DNA from: a bacterium | GTDB lineage: Bacteria; Patescibacteriota; Minisyncoccia; Phycocordibacterales; UBA918 | NCBI GenBank assembly: GCA_030430425.1 | Contig: JAUIFS010000002.1 | Location: forward strand, 1-55,755 | DNA: 55,755 nucleotides | Reading direction: 5' to 3' | Shown here: positions 45,526 to 55,713 of the stretch, piece after piece | Layout of the letters: each line of letters opens with the position of its first letter | Position numbering within the stretch: the first letter of the stretch is position 1 | Notes under the pieces: generated by a model | Databases searched by the model: none | Told to the model about the DNA's origin: nothing | Seen by the model: only the letters and a program-made list of their open reading frames with translations | Made by a program: the position numbers and the translations under genes

Positions 45526-46221
45526 ATGAAAAATATGAAAGATCATATTTGGAAGATTATCGGCGTTATTGCAGTCGTTGCTATTGGAGCATCAGTAGTC
45601 TATTCAAACAGTGTTGCCAACAAGGCAAATGAGGGAATTGTATTTACGGCACATACAAAAGGAGCTGAAGATGCAACCGTAACACTTACTGAGTATAGTG
45701 ATTTTCAATGTCCTGCGTGTGGTCAGTTTGCTGCAGTTATAAAAGATGTACTTGCAACGTATCCGAATGATATAAAGTTCGAATACAAGCATTTTCCACT
45801 TGTCTCAATTCATCCATTTGCAATACCAGCTGCGAAAGCTGCTGAAGCAGCAGGGCAACAAGGAAAATTCTTTGAAATGCACGATAAACTGTTTGAAAAC
45901 CAACAAGTGTGGGCAAACAGTGTAAATCCTGCCACATATTTTACTTCTTATGCAGAAGAAATTGGTCTTGATGTAGGTCTTTTTAAGACGCATATGAAAG
46001 CATCACGTATTGAAGATAAGATTGCCGACGAGTTTAAAGAAGCACGTGAACACGGACTTACCGGCACACCGTCATTCTTTCTTAATGGAACACGTATGCA
46101 GTTTGAAACATACGAAGACTTTATAGGGCAGATTGAAGCAGCAGTTGGCGTTGATACAGCAGCAACTGCAGAAGTGGCAGACCCTGCAGCAGCTGAACCG
46201 GAGGTGAAGTTTGGGTTATAG
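45526..46221 (+). CDS. DsbA-family thiol-disulfide oxidoreductase
   Basis: EYSDFQCPAC, HFPL, GTPSFFLNG, N-terminal TM. Confidence 0.9.
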   Translation: MKNMKDHIWKIIGVIAVVAIGASVVYSNSVANKANEGIVFTAHTKGAEDATVTLTEYSDFQCPACGQFAAVIKDVLATYPNDIKFEYKHFPLVSIHPFAIPAAKAAEAAGQQGKFFEMHDKLFENQQVWANSVNPATYFTSYAEEIGLDVGLFKTHMKASRIEDKIADEFKEAREHGLTGTPSFFLNGTRMQFETYEDFIGQIEAAVGVDTAATAEVADPAAAEPEVKFGL

Positions 46222-46262
46222 ATAATCCACACATAAAAATACCCGCATACATGCGGGTGTTT

Positions 46263-47201
46263 TTATGTGAAATAGGTTTCAACAATGCGTGAGGTGATTC
46301 GATCAATCACATCTTTGTCCTTGTACTTTGTCTGGAGGTAGCGAAAACCAGGATTACTATTAAGCTCAATAATCGTAAAGTCAGTTGGTTTCTTGGGTGT
46401 ACCATCTATAAACACATCAATCCCTGCTGTTTTGATGGAGTTATCAATACAGAGTTGTTGTACATATGCTTTGATTGCTTTTGGAATTTTTTTACTTTCA
46501 TAATACTCAAACGTACCTTTCTGAGTTATGTGGCAAGGGATAGAGACTCCTGCATCGAGTACGTCTGTTCGTTTTTTACGTATTTTTTTGCATTCGTAAT
46601 CTACGACGGTATCGTTTACATACGTGGTTTTTTGTTCCTTGAGCAATTGTGCTATCGTTTTTTTTCCATCACCGATGATTGTAGGATATCCTTTACTGTG
46701 CAGTGCCATAACTTTCCCTTCGACGACAAGTATTCGATATTCCTTTTTAAAAAGAAGCTCTTGCACAAGTACATTTTGTTTTTTTGCGACTATTTCTGAC
46801 ACAGCGTCTATAAGTTGTCTCTTGGTGTATGCAACGGTGATGCCTTTTGCTTGAAATCCTTCCTCTGGTTTAATGATTACAGGAAATGTATCTAGAGCCG
46901 TAGCACGTGTAGTGAGTTCTTTTTTTGAATGGGTCTGTTTTGCATATATGAGAACAGAGCGAATCTTGTTGTATTTCTTTTTTTGTAACAGTGCTTCAGA
47001 GAGCAGTTTGCTCCCCATGAGCACATGTTGCCATCTGGGGACGTTCGGGTAAAACACGTTTCCATTTACCAAAAAAGATTTAGTGTGTGATTGTACGTAA
47101 TATTCTTTAAAAGGAGATCCTGTTTTTAATTCCTGTACGGTATATCCAAGTTTTTTAGCTTTATGTGCAATGAGTGTTGCTGTTGGTTTCATGTGTTGCA
47201 T
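46263..47201 (-). CDS. ATP-grasp ligase, cyanophycin synthetase/GshAB-like
   Basis: FPVIIKP...GIT, VQE....EYRILV, IIGDG..TI, GID, IIELNSNP. Confidence 0.75.
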   Translation of the reverse strand: MQHMKPTATLIAHKAKKLGYTVQELKTGSPFKEYYVQSHTKSFLVNGNVFYPNVPRWQHVLMGSKLLSEALLQKKKYNKIRSVLIYAKQTHSKKELTTRATALDTFPVIIKPEEGFQAKGITVAYTKRQLIDAVSEIVAKKQNVLVQELLFKKEYRILVVEGKVMALHSKGYPTIIGDGKKTIAQLLKEQKTTYVNDTVVDYECKKIRKKRTDVLDAGVSIPCHITQKGTFEYYESKKIPKAIKAYVQQLCIDNSIKTAGIDVFIDGTPKKPTDFTIIELNSNPGFRYLQTKYKDKDVIDRITSRIVETYFT

Positions 47202-47204
47202 GGG

Positions 47205-48101
47205 TTATGTGTGTTTAGTGGCGAGTATGTGTGCAATCTTTGAGAATACTTTTTCGTCTGTGTGTACGGACTCAAACCCAAGCACACCAGGTGAGCGGTT
47301 TACTTCAAGCAGTACAGGAGTTGTATCTTTATGGATGATATCCACACCACCAATATCAAGGTGGGTTGCAGCGGTTGCTTCGATTGCCAGTGCACGCTCT
47401 TGTTCTGTAAGTTCATACGGAAGTGCTTTGCCACCTTGCGAAAGATTGTTAAGAAATGAGCTTTCAGAAGTTCGCCGTATTGCACCAATAATTTCTCCAA
47501 AAGCAACAATAACTCGTATGTCGAATGTATTTGGAATATATTCTTGAATAAGAAATCTGGTTTTTTCAGGAAGTGCAACAATGTATGTCTTTAGTTCATT
47601 TGCAGATTTAATTAAGTGCACTTCTGATCCCTTGCGCCCATTAGTTTTGCAAATAACCGGAAAGTGTATGTGTTCGTGTATATAGTGTGCATTATTTTCA
47701 TATGCTTCAGCACGGACAACAAATGTTTCTGGTATAGGAAGATTTGCGAGGGCAAAACGTGACATCTGCGCTATTTTGTCGCTTGCCTCATCATATATAG
47801 TGTTGATTGAGTTTATGAAGCGAATTTCTTTATGTTGTAGATATTCGTGAAGGATTCCGGTAAAGGGTGCATCAATAATATGAAATCGACTAAAAACACA
47901 TGTGTCAGAGAAACTAAGAACAGAATTATTGTGAATAAAACGTGGCTCTGACTCTGGTGGAATGTGTGCAATAACCTCACGCATGTTTATGTGGACAATA
48001 GATGTGTCGGGGAGTGCGCTAGACATGTCGTCGTATGTTTTTTTATTACAGTTTAGGAGCATGAGTTTTTCCATAGGCACGGATGATAGCAGATTTTTCA
48101 T
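47205..48101 (-). CDS. RimK-family ATP-grasp ligase
   Basis: DKIAQ, P.T, IQEYI...DIRV, NLSQGG, GGVDI, LEVN.SPG. Confidence 0.85.
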   Translation of the reverse strand: MKNLLSSVPMEKLMLLNCNKKTYDDMSSALPDTSIVHINMREVIAHIPPESEPRFIHNNSVLSFSDTCVFSRFHIIDAPFTGILHEYLQHKEIRFINSINTIYDEASDKIAQMSRFALANLPIPETFVVRAEAYENNAHYIHEHIHFPVICKTNGRKGSEVHLIKSANELKTYIVALPEKTRFLIQEYIPNTFDIRVIVAFGEIIGAIRRTSESSFLNNLSQGGKALPYELTEQERALAIEATAATHLDIGGVDIIHKDTTPVLLEVNRSPGVLGFESVHTDEKVFSKIAHILATKHT

Positions 48102-48267
48102 ATCAAAGCCATAGTGTTCACTATTTTGTCAAGAGTTGATTTTGATAACATGTGTGTTGTTATCACAAAAATAACCTATTTTGTAGTATGCTTTTATCTC
48201 GTTTGGGGCAGCTGGATATATTTTTCAAGAAATGGAATGTCTCAAATTTATTTTGTAAACGAACTGA

Positions 48268-49629
48268 ATGGAACAAAAAAAGAAAAAAAATATCATTGCA
48301 TATGTTATGAATTTTTCTCCACGTATGCGGGAAGATATTCGTTCATATGAAAAACGACACGATAAAGAATATCGTGTCATGCTTCTGTGGGATTCAAAGG
48401 TTAAGCGCGCAGATCGAATAAAAGGGTACGATATACTTGTGGAGTGTGATTTTTCTAAACCACACAAGCTCGCTGAAGCATTGATGCCATATCAAAATGA
48501 GCTTCTTGCTATTACCTGTCGTTCTGAGGCAAATATTTCCCGATTTGCACAAGTGTTGCCTCATGTGCCGTATCTACGATCGGCAACAACTGAATCGTTG
48601 CGTTGGGCAACTGATAAATATGAAATGCGCAAGCGCCTGAAGCTTTTTGATGCCAAAAATACCCCTCGGTTTACATGGATTAAAAATAATACGCAAAAAG
48701 AGCGTGCGCGTGTAGTGGAAAAGGTTCAATTTCCCATGATTGTGAAGCCGGCAAACTTGGCAGGAAGTCTTTTTGTGACTATCTGTTATCACGAAGATGA
48801 GCTTGAAAAAACATTACGCACACTCTTCCGTCGTTTAAAAAGGGCGTATGAAAATGATACACGCACAGAAGTTCCAAAAATTATTGCTGAAGAATATATG
48901 GAGGGTGACCTGTACTCCATTGACTCGTACGTTAATGGTCGGGGAGATGTGTATCATTGCCCACTGGTGCGACAGAAGACTGCGCGAGAGATTGGGCATG
49001 ATGATTTTTATAATTATCTTCAGATTACGCCAACTGCCCTTAAGCAAGCAACTGTTGAGAAAGCTCGTGCAGTAGCAGAAACAGCAGTACATGCATTAGG
49101 GTTGCGTAATACTACCGCTCATGTGGAACTTATGAAGGTGGATGACGATTGGAAAGTAATTGAGATAGGTCCTCGGTGCGGAGGTGCACGTGATGTGTTG
49201 CATAAACTCAGTTGTGACATTAATCATACGATGAATGATATTGCGGTGCGGATTCCTCGGAAGCCGGTGATTCCAAAGAAGTGTAAAGGATACGCGGCAT
49301 ACATGAAGTATTTTGCATCAAAGGAAGGAATTATTTCTGAAACAAAGGGTATAAAGAAGATTGAAAGCTTAGATTCCTTTCATAAGATTACGGTCAATAA
49401 AAAAGTAGGGGACCGGTCAGTCTTTGCGCGAAATGGTGGTCGGTCAGTCTTTAACTTGTTTTTATACAATGAGGACCGCTCAAAACTGCTGGCTGATATC
49501 CGGCGCATTGAACAGATGGTAGATGTAAAAGTAGGGAATGGCAGAGTGTCCACAGGCGTTGCAAAGAAAAGTCTTAAGAAGAAAGTGGCTTCGAAGAAGG
49601 TTGCAAAGAAGACAGTAAAAAAGAAGTAG
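48268..49629 (+). CDS. ATP-grasp protein, L-amino-acid-ligase-like, with a Lys-rich tail
   Basis: DKYEMR, FPMIVKP, EEYMEG, AHVE, IEIGPRCGG. Confidence 0.8.
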   Translation: MEQKKKKNIIAYVMNFSPRMREDIRSYEKRHDKEYRVMLLWDSKVKRADRIKGYDILVECDFSKPHKLAEALMPYQNELLAITCRSEANISRFAQVLPHVPYLRSATTESLRWATDKYEMRKRLKLFDAKNTPRFTWIKNNTQKERARVVEKVQFPMIVKPANLAGSLFVTICYHEDELEKTLRTLFRRLKRAYENDTRTEVPKIIAEEYMEGDLYSIDSYVNGRGDVYHCPLVRQKTAREIGHDDFYNYLQITPTALKQATVEKARAVAETAVHALGLRNTTAHVELMKVDDDWKVIEIGPRCGGARDVLHKLSCDINHTMNDIAVRIPRKPVIPKKCKGYAAYMKYFASKEGIISETKGIKKIESLDSFHKITVNKKVGDRSVFARNGGRSVFNLFLYNEDRSKLLADIRRIEQMVDVKVGNGRVSTGVAKKSLKKKVASKKVAKKTVKKK

Positions 49630-49631
49630 TT

Positions 49632-49672
49632 ATACCAAAAGCCGGCGCACTTTGTGCGCCGGCTTTTGGTAT
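49632..49672 (+). terminator. Intrinsic terminator
   Basis: ataccaaaagccggcgcac-ttt-gtgcgccggcttttggtat. Confidence 0.75.
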
Positions 49673-49689
49673 GATACCTGTATAAAGAC

Positions 49690-50469
49690 ATGATTCGTAC
49701 ACGTGATTTTATCTTATTTGTAGTCACCTTGCTTTTTTTAGCTGTGGCTATTGTGAGCACCGTAGCTGTTAAAAATGCTGGTGAGCACCCTCAAATACAA
49801 CAACTTGCCATGCATGAGGGTACGAGTCCTGCAGGTGCTTCATCTGAAGAGATAACAATTGATCGTAACTCAATAATCGCACGTTTACGTGAGAAGATTC
49901 GTAATTCTGATCTGACTATCGTTCCAGAGCCAAGTGTAGAGGCAGAAGTCGTCCCAACAACAACACAAGCAACGGCAACATCTACAGCAACACTATTCCG
50001 TTGTGTGCAACCAGACGATGCACTAGCCATCGTCCCTCAATGGCCACTGACAGATGTACAAATAAACCTCAAAGAAGGAGCTCGGTTGGTGTATGTTGAA
50101 GACGAGATTGTGATTCCGGACGTCGAACCGGGAGAAGAGACGACACAATCGCTTGTGAAAACATTGCTACAGCTGCCTGTTGTCCCAGCAAAAGCTACAC
50201 AGCCGTATTGTGTACCAAGTGAAGTTATTGGTGTTACGCAACGGGGGGTATTGATGTTTAATGGCGACATGCGCTCGTATCGCAATGTTCCTGAAAATGT
50301 CCAAATAGGATATGCACGAGATGGTTTTCCTATTTATGGTGTGTATGAAGGTCAGACCGATGAGTGTGGTGGCTATGAGCATGCAGCTGGGTATCGGTAT
50401 ACTGTGTCAAAGAACCGAGATTATGTTATAGGTTGTTTTGTCGCGGCACCACAACCGTTTAGTCTATAA
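49690..50469 (+). CDS. Membrane-anchored protein with a degenerate YHYH-like domain
   Basis: IGV...GV, IGYARDGFPIYG, DECGG, YRY. Confidence 0.6.
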   Translation: MIRTRDFILFVVTLLFLAVAIVSTVAVKNAGEHPQIQQLAMHEGTSPAGASSEEITIDRNSIIARLREKIRNSDLTIVPEPSVEAEVVPTTTQATATSTATLFRCVQPDDALAIVPQWPLTDVQINLKEGARLVYVEDEIVIPDVEPGEETTQSLVKTLLQLPVVPAKATQPYCVPSEVIGVTQRGVLMFNGDMRSYRNVPENVQIGYARDGFPIYGVYEGQTDECGGYEHAAGYRYTVSKNRDYVIGCFVAAPQPFSL

Positions 50470-50473
50470 ACCT

Positions 50474-51175
50474 ATGGGAACACTACTTTTTGACATTGAG
50501 ACCGTGGGGGACGCATGGGAGTCTTTCGATGAAACAACACAGCATGCATTAACTCGCTGGGTAGAGAAAACTGCACGTAGTAAAGACGAGCATAAGATGC
50601 TCACTGACGATATAAAACAAGGACTTGGCTTCTCACCCCTTACGGGGAAAATAGTTGCAATTGGTTTATATGATCTAGAACGGGAGCAAGGTGCAGTGTA
50701 CTACACTGGTGAAGGTACAGAGACAGATGTTGTGGCGGAACAATTTGTATTAAAACAGCGTTCAGAAAAAGAAATGTTGCGAGATTTTTGGGAGGGAGCA
50801 AAAAGTTATAGTACGTTTGTAACCTTCAACGGACGCTGTTTTGATGTGCCATTTTTGATACACCGTGCTGCTATACACGGTATTGCGCCAAGTGTGAATC
50901 TTATGGAGGGCAGGTATCCATACCAACAAAAGACCGTGCGTCATGTTGATTTGCAGGACGAAATGACTTTTTATGGTGCTATGCAGCGTAAGGGCAACTT
51001 GCATTTATTTTGTCGCGCGTATGGCATTGAGAGCCCGAAACAAGAGGGAGTGTCTGGCGATGATGTCGCGGAACTTTTTGCGCGCAAAAAGTTCCGCGAC
51101 ATCGCCCGCTACAATGTTCGCGATGTAGTTGCGACTACTGAGTTATATAAAAAGTGGGTGCAGTACTTTTTCTAG
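50474..51175 (+). CDS. PolB-like 3'-5' exonuclease (RNase H fold)
   Basis: FDIET (ExoI), TFNGRCFDVPF (ExoII), YNVRDV (ExoIII). Confidence 0.85.
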   Translation: MGTLLFDIETVGDAWESFDETTQHALTRWVEKTARSKDEHKMLTDDIKQGLGFSPLTGKIVAIGLYDLEREQGAVYYTGEGTETDVVAEQFVLKQRSEKEMLRDFWEGAKSYSTFVTFNGRCFDVPFLIHRAAIHGIAPSVNLMEGRYPYQQKTVRHVDLQDEMTFYGAMQRKGNLHLFCRAYGIESPKQEGVSGDDVAELFARKKFRDIARYNVRDVVATTELYKKWVQYFF

Positions 51176-51199
51176 GTTGCATTATAATAATATGTAGAT

Positions 51200-51832
51200 A
51201 TGAAAAATATTTTGGCATTGTTGGCAGATTGGGCAAATGGAATTTTCGCACTTCTGACAGCTGGGCATATCACACAAACAGAAATTTTATGGTGGTATGT
51301 GCCGATTGCATTAGCACTGTCTCATCTTCCTGATATTGATGCAGTTCCTGAACTTATAACACGCGGACGAGTCGCGGCGAGTGCTGAGTATGTACATGAT
51401 CATCGTACACTTTTACATTTTCCCATTATTTCGATACCGCTAAGTATGGCAATTGGATGCATCTTTGGTTTCTGGGGATGGGTAGTTTGTTTTGCAGTGA
51501 TACTACACCTTTTAAATGATTTGTATGGCACTGGATGGGGCATTCCCGTGTTGTGGCCTTTTTCTAAACGTCGATACAAAATATTAGGACGTCGTGCAAA
51601 TAGACTAAGGTCAATTTTGGTCAAAGATGATGATTGGAAAAAACTTTCTGATAGTGAGCGGCGGTTACGAATATTAGTTTCATGGGATGATGAAGAAATA
51701 GTCGATTATATTGCTCGTTGGGGTATGGATGATTGGATTAATAGGTGGTATTTACGAATAAACTGGATAAGCATTATCGAATACCTATTGTTTGCAGGTG
51801 CGTGTGTATTATTGCTTATTTATTTTTGGTAA
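51200..51832 (+). CDS. Membrane metal-dependent hydrolase, YdjM-like
   Basis: LPDID, HRTLLH, HLLND, GIP.LWPF. Confidence 0.75.
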   Translation: MKNILALLADWANGIFALLTAGHITQTEILWWYVPIALALSHLPDIDAVPELITRGRVAASAEYVHDHRTLLHFPIISIPLSMAIGCIFGFWGWVVCFAVILHLLNDLYGTGWGIPVLWPFSKRRYKILGRRANRLRSILVKDDDWKKLSDSERRLRILVSWDDEEIVDYIARWGMDDWINRWYLRINWISIIEYLLFAGACVLLLIYFW

Positions 51833-51851
51833 ATTGCAATATACTGTAGGT

Positions 51852-53066
51852 ATGAAATTTCCAGATCATTTTTGGTGGGGTGCAGCAACAGCCTCGTATC
51901 AAGTTGAAGGGTGCAATGAGAACACAGATTGGGCAAAAGCGGCAAAAGAAGGAAGAGTTCCTCTCGCAGGGCGCCTTGCAGATCATTACCATCGCTATGA
52001 AGAAGATTTTGATATAGCAAAAAAGCTTGGACACAATGCACACCGTTTTTCTATAGAGTGGGCACGTATTGAGCCACAGGAAGGGATTTTTGATGAGAAA
52101 GAGATAGAGCATTATCGAAAAGTGCTTCAAGCACTAAAAAAGCGTGGAATTACACCACTGGTTACGCTGTGGCACTTCACGCTCCCGTTATGGTTTTCCG
52201 AGAGTGGTGGTTTTGAGCGGAAGGATGCACCGGTTATTTTTGCACGCTACTGTGCTTTTGTTGTTCGTGAATTGGGAGATTTATGCGAACATTATGCAAC
52301 TATGAATGAACCAAATGTGTTCGGTTCAAATGGGTGGCTTCGTGGTAGCTGGCCACCGTTCAAACGTTTTGCAGCAACTGATTTAGTTTCAATAACAAAT
52401 TCTGGAAGAGAATATAAGTCACGAGCAGAAAAGGGAATACGACCATTGTTTTTATATATGCGCGTAATGAAAAATTTAGCAATGGCACATAACATGGCAT
52501 ATGATGCAATTAAGGAAGTTGACTTGCAGAAAGACATCAGTGTCGTTAAACATGTCATTTATTTTCATGCAAACAGGAATCCATTAAATATAGCAAAAGC
52601 ACGAATTGCAAATTACACGTGGACTCATATTTTTATGAGACGAACCCATAAAAAATGTGATTCTATTGGTCTTAATTACTATTTTCACAAAAAATTTGGA
52701 GATTCAGCAGTGTATGAAAAGACAGACATGGACTGGGATATATACCCTGAAGGCATCTTGGGTTCACTACGACTTTTATGGAAGTATAAGAAACCGATTT
52801 ATGTTTCTGAAGCTGGACTTGCTGATAGAGAAGATAAGTATCGAGCTGCATACATACAAAGACAAATTGAGGCTATTGCACAAGCAATTGAAGATGGAGT
52901 GGACGTGCGTGGGCATATGTACTGGTCACTGATGGATAACTACGAATGGGCACTGGGGATCGAAAAACAGTTTGGTTTGGTAAAAATAAACTATGAAACA
53001 CTTGAGCGAGAAATTCGTCCAAGCGCATGGGTGTACAAAGAACTGATTGAAAAATATTCACAGTAG
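51852..53066 (+). CDS. Glycoside hydrolase family 1 (beta-glucosidase-like)
   Basis: FWWGAATASYQVEG, RFSIEW, TLWHF, TMNEP, VSEAG, WSLMDNYEW. Confidence 0.93.
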   Translation: MKFPDHFWWGAATASYQVEGCNENTDWAKAAKEGRVPLAGRLADHYHRYEEDFDIAKKLGHNAHRFSIEWARIEPQEGIFDEKEIEHYRKVLQALKKRGITPLVTLWHFTLPLWFSESGGFERKDAPVIFARYCAFVVRELGDLCEHYATMNEPNVFGSNGWLRGSWPPFKRFAATDLVSITNSGREYKSRAEKGIRPLFLYMRVMKNLAMAHNMAYDAIKEVDLQKDISVVKHVIYFHANRNPLNIAKARIANYTWTHIFMRRTHKKCDSIGLNYYFHKKFGDSAVYEKTDMDWDIYPEGILGSLRLLWKYKKPIYVSEAGLADREDKYRAAYIQRQIEAIAQAIEDGVDVRGHMYWSLMDNYEWALGIEKQFGLVKINYETLEREIRPSAWVYKELIEKYSQ

Positions 53067-53123
53067 TCTGCAATGTGGACAGAAAAGGCAGAAAATATCA
53101 ATAAATAGTGGGATAATGTCACT

Positions 53124-54056
53124 ATGACTTGGCTTTTACTTGCAACAGCAGGGCAGTTTTTAAATGCAGTTGTTGCGGTACTTGATAAATATATTGTAAC
53201 CGACGAGAAAGTGCTTCCACGACCGTTTGTGTATGCCTTTTACTCTTGTCTTATCACGGGATTTTGGGTGGTTATTTATTTGGTTGGTCTTATCCCTGGG
53301 TTGCATCATGTAGGGGTGCCACACTTTAGCAATGTGCAATCACCGTCGATTCAGGTGGTGGGGATGTCTTTTCTTGCTGCATACACATTCTTTATGGCGT
53401 TGGTGTCCATGTATGACGCATTGAAGCATGCTGATGCGTCTGACGTAATGCCAGTGATTGGAGCAGTCTCAGCAGTTTCGACGTTTGGTATGTCGTATCT
53501 TTTTCTGGGCATCAAACTTTCTCCAAACTTTATTTGGGGTATTGCGCTCCTTGCAGTTGGAACATTGCTCGTGTCACAAATGCGCTTCACAAAAGGAGTG
53601 GTACTCCATACTATTCATAGTGGTATTTTCTTCGCATTGCACTATATTGCCATGAAGGGACTATTTCAAGAGACATCGTTTGACGACGGTTTCTTTTGGT
53701 CGCGTATTGGTTTTGTGATGTTTGCACTTTCTTTGCTGCTCGTTCCTGCATATTATGAAAAAATTACTGCACAAACAAAGAAGGTGACGCGCAAGAGTGG
53801 TGAGCTTGTGCTCGTAACAAAGATTCTTGCAGGAGTTGCAGCGTTTATGCTACTGAAAGCAACAGATTTAGGTGACGTGACAGTTGTGCAGGCACTTGAT
53901 GGTCTTAAGTATGTGTTTATTATTCTCTTGAGTATTGTTGCAGGACGATTTATTCCGGTTGCAGCAGGAGAGAATGACTGGGATGCACAAGTTATTTTGA
54001 GAAAAGTATTGTTTATTTGTGTTATTTCAATCGGATTTGTAATGCTTTTTATATAA
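53124..54056 (+). CDS. DMT/EamA-like membrane protein
   Basis: About 10 TM helices in two repeats. Confidence 0.7.
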   Translation: MTWLLLATAGQFLNAVVAVLDKYIVTDEKVLPRPFVYAFYSCLITGFWVVIYLVGLIPGLHHVGVPHFSNVQSPSIQVVGMSFLAAYTFFMALVSMYDALKHADASDVMPVIGAVSAVSTFGMSYLFLGIKLSPNFIWGIALLAVGTLLVSQMRFTKGVVLHTIHSGIFFALHYIAMKGLFQETSFDDGFFWSRIGFVMFALSLLLVPAYYEKITAQTKKVTRKSGELVLVTKILAGVAAFMLLKATDLGDVTVVQALDGLKYVFIILLSIVAGRFIPVAAGENDWDAQVILRKVLFICVISIGFVMLFI

Positions 54057-54059
54057 AAT

Positions 54060-55082
54060 ATGAAACGTAGATTTGCAAAAATTGGAATATGGGTGCTAGG
54101 GATACTTTTGGTTTTCAGTAGCATTGCCATCTTGTTAGCACATAAACCAAAGCCAGAAAAAATCCAGTATGGGATGTCTTTTAACACGATGTACGCAAAT
54201 GAGTTAGGACTTGATTGGAAAGAGACGTACGATGCAATCCTTAATGAACTTGGAGTACGACATTTGCGTCTTGCGGCGCACTGGCCCATGGTGGAGCCTA
54301 TTAATGATGTCTATAATTTTGAGGAGCTTGATTATCAGCTTGCACAGGCTGAAGCAGTTGGTGCACAAGTTGTTTTTGCCGTAGGCAGGAGGCTTCCGCG
54401 GTGGCCTGAGTGTCATGTGCCTGAATGGGCAGCAGCATTGCCTTGGGAAGCACAGCAAGAAGAAATTTTAAACTATATAACCGTAGTGGTAGACCGATAT
54501 AAAGACAACGATACTATCACATACTGGCAAATAGAAAACGAACCATATTTAGAAGTATTTGCTAAAGATCACTGTGGCGAGTTTGACGAAGCTTTTTTTG
54601 AGCGTGAGGTAGCGCATTTTCGGTCGCTCGACGACTCGCGACCTTTTTTGGTAACTGACAGTGGTAACCTCGGAACATGGTTTGGTCCGTATAAACACGG
54701 AGACGCGTTTGGTACCAGTGTATATGTTCATTTTTGGAATCCTGAGCTGGGACAGTTTAAAACAATTCTTCCGCCGTGGTTTTATCGCTTGAAAGAAGGA
54801 GTGGTTGCACTCTTTTATGGGGAGCAGGAAACTATGCTTATTGAGCTCTCAGCGGAACCTTGGTTGCTTGAGCCTATTACGGACGTTCCCATTGAGACAC
54901 AGTACTCAAGAATGAATATTGATACCTTTAATGACATTTTAGAATATGCCCAGAAAACCCGCTATACAAAACAGTATCTATGGGGAGCAGAGTGGTGGTA
55001 CTGGTTGCATTTGCAAGGTGAGCACCATATGTGGGAGCGGGGAAAGCAGCTGTTTGAAGCTTCACAAGCTGATACACTATAA
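54060..55082 (+). CDS. Membrane-anchored clan GH-A glycoside hydrolase (GH5/GH42-like)
   Basis: N-terminal TM, W..VEP, WQIENEP, IELSAEPW. Confidence 0.75.
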   Translation: MKRRFAKIGIWVLGILLVFSSIAILLAHKPKPEKIQYGMSFNTMYANELGLDWKETYDAILNELGVRHLRLAAHWPMVEPINDVYNFEELDYQLAQAEAVGAQVVFAVGRRLPRWPECHVPEWAAALPWEAQQEEILNYITVVVDRYKDNDTITYWQIENEPYLEVFAKDHCGEFDEAFFEREVAHFRSLDDSRPFLVTDSGNLGTWFGPYKHGDAFGTSVYVHFWNPELGQFKTILPPWFYRLKEGVVALFYGEQETMLIELSAEPWLLEPITDVPIETQYSRMNIDTFNDILEYAQKTRYTKQYLWGAEWWYWLHLQGEHHMWERGKQLFEASQADTL

Positions 55083-55287
55083 GAGAAAATAAAGTTCGTA
55101 TGCGCATTTTTAAGTTTATATTTCCATTTTTGTATGCGCGCAATTGGCATACTGGTGCACAGGAGTTATCGCGCCCGCGCGTTGCGCTTTTTTCTGCGAT
55201 GTTATTTCTTATTTTGCTCGGTGTTCTCATGACGTTACTGTTGCAAACTCCAGTAACGTATAAAGCTGCTTTTCTATAAAGAGAATT

Positions 55288-55713
55288 ATGAAAAGTGTTA
55301 AACTATTTCTTCTGGTGGGGTGCGTATTGTTGCTCACTTCAGCCGCAGCAACAGCATATGTGTGGAATATGGTGCAAGAAACACTCTCTGTCTCTTCTGA
55401 AGCACCGGTAGTAGAAGAGGAAGCAGCGGACTCTTCTGCAGAAACACAACATGGTTCAGTACGGGAAGATACATCCGAAATGCCTGTTGCTGAGTCGGTG
55501 CCTGATGCAGGTGTAGCACTGCCTGCAGAATCGCTCTCTGCATCACAAAAAGCTGTGCTTGATACGATGGGGATTGAGATTGACTCGTTTGTTATAACTC
55601 CAGCAATGGTGCGTTGTGCTGAAGAAAAGCTGGGATCATCTAGAGTGCGTGAACTTATGGATGGGGTCGCTCCTACGCTTTTGGAAGTCGCGTCGCTCAC
55701 TCCGTGTCTGTAA
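55288..55713 (+). CDS. Membrane-anchored hypothetical protein
   Basis: N-terminal TM, acidic linker, small C-terminal domain with two Cys. Confidence 0.7.
   Translation: MKSVKLFLLVGCVLLLTSAAATAYVWNMVQETLSVSSEAPVVEEEAADSSAETQHGSVREDTSEMPVAESVPDAGVALPAESLSASQKAVLDTMGIEIDSFVITPAMVRCAEEKLGSSRVRELMDGVAPTLLEVASLTPCL

Noticed and set aside
49654..49662. gtgcgccgg matching the tRNA-Tyr 3' end
   Set aside because: Only a short match forming one arm of an ordinary terminator 44 kb away; likely chance
300..55700. Numerous antisense and overlapping ORFs in the ORF track (e.g. 300..809, 13932..14516, 14520..15233, 27267..27845, 55227..55700)
   Set aside because: They are shadows of well-supported genes on the opposite strand and have no motifs
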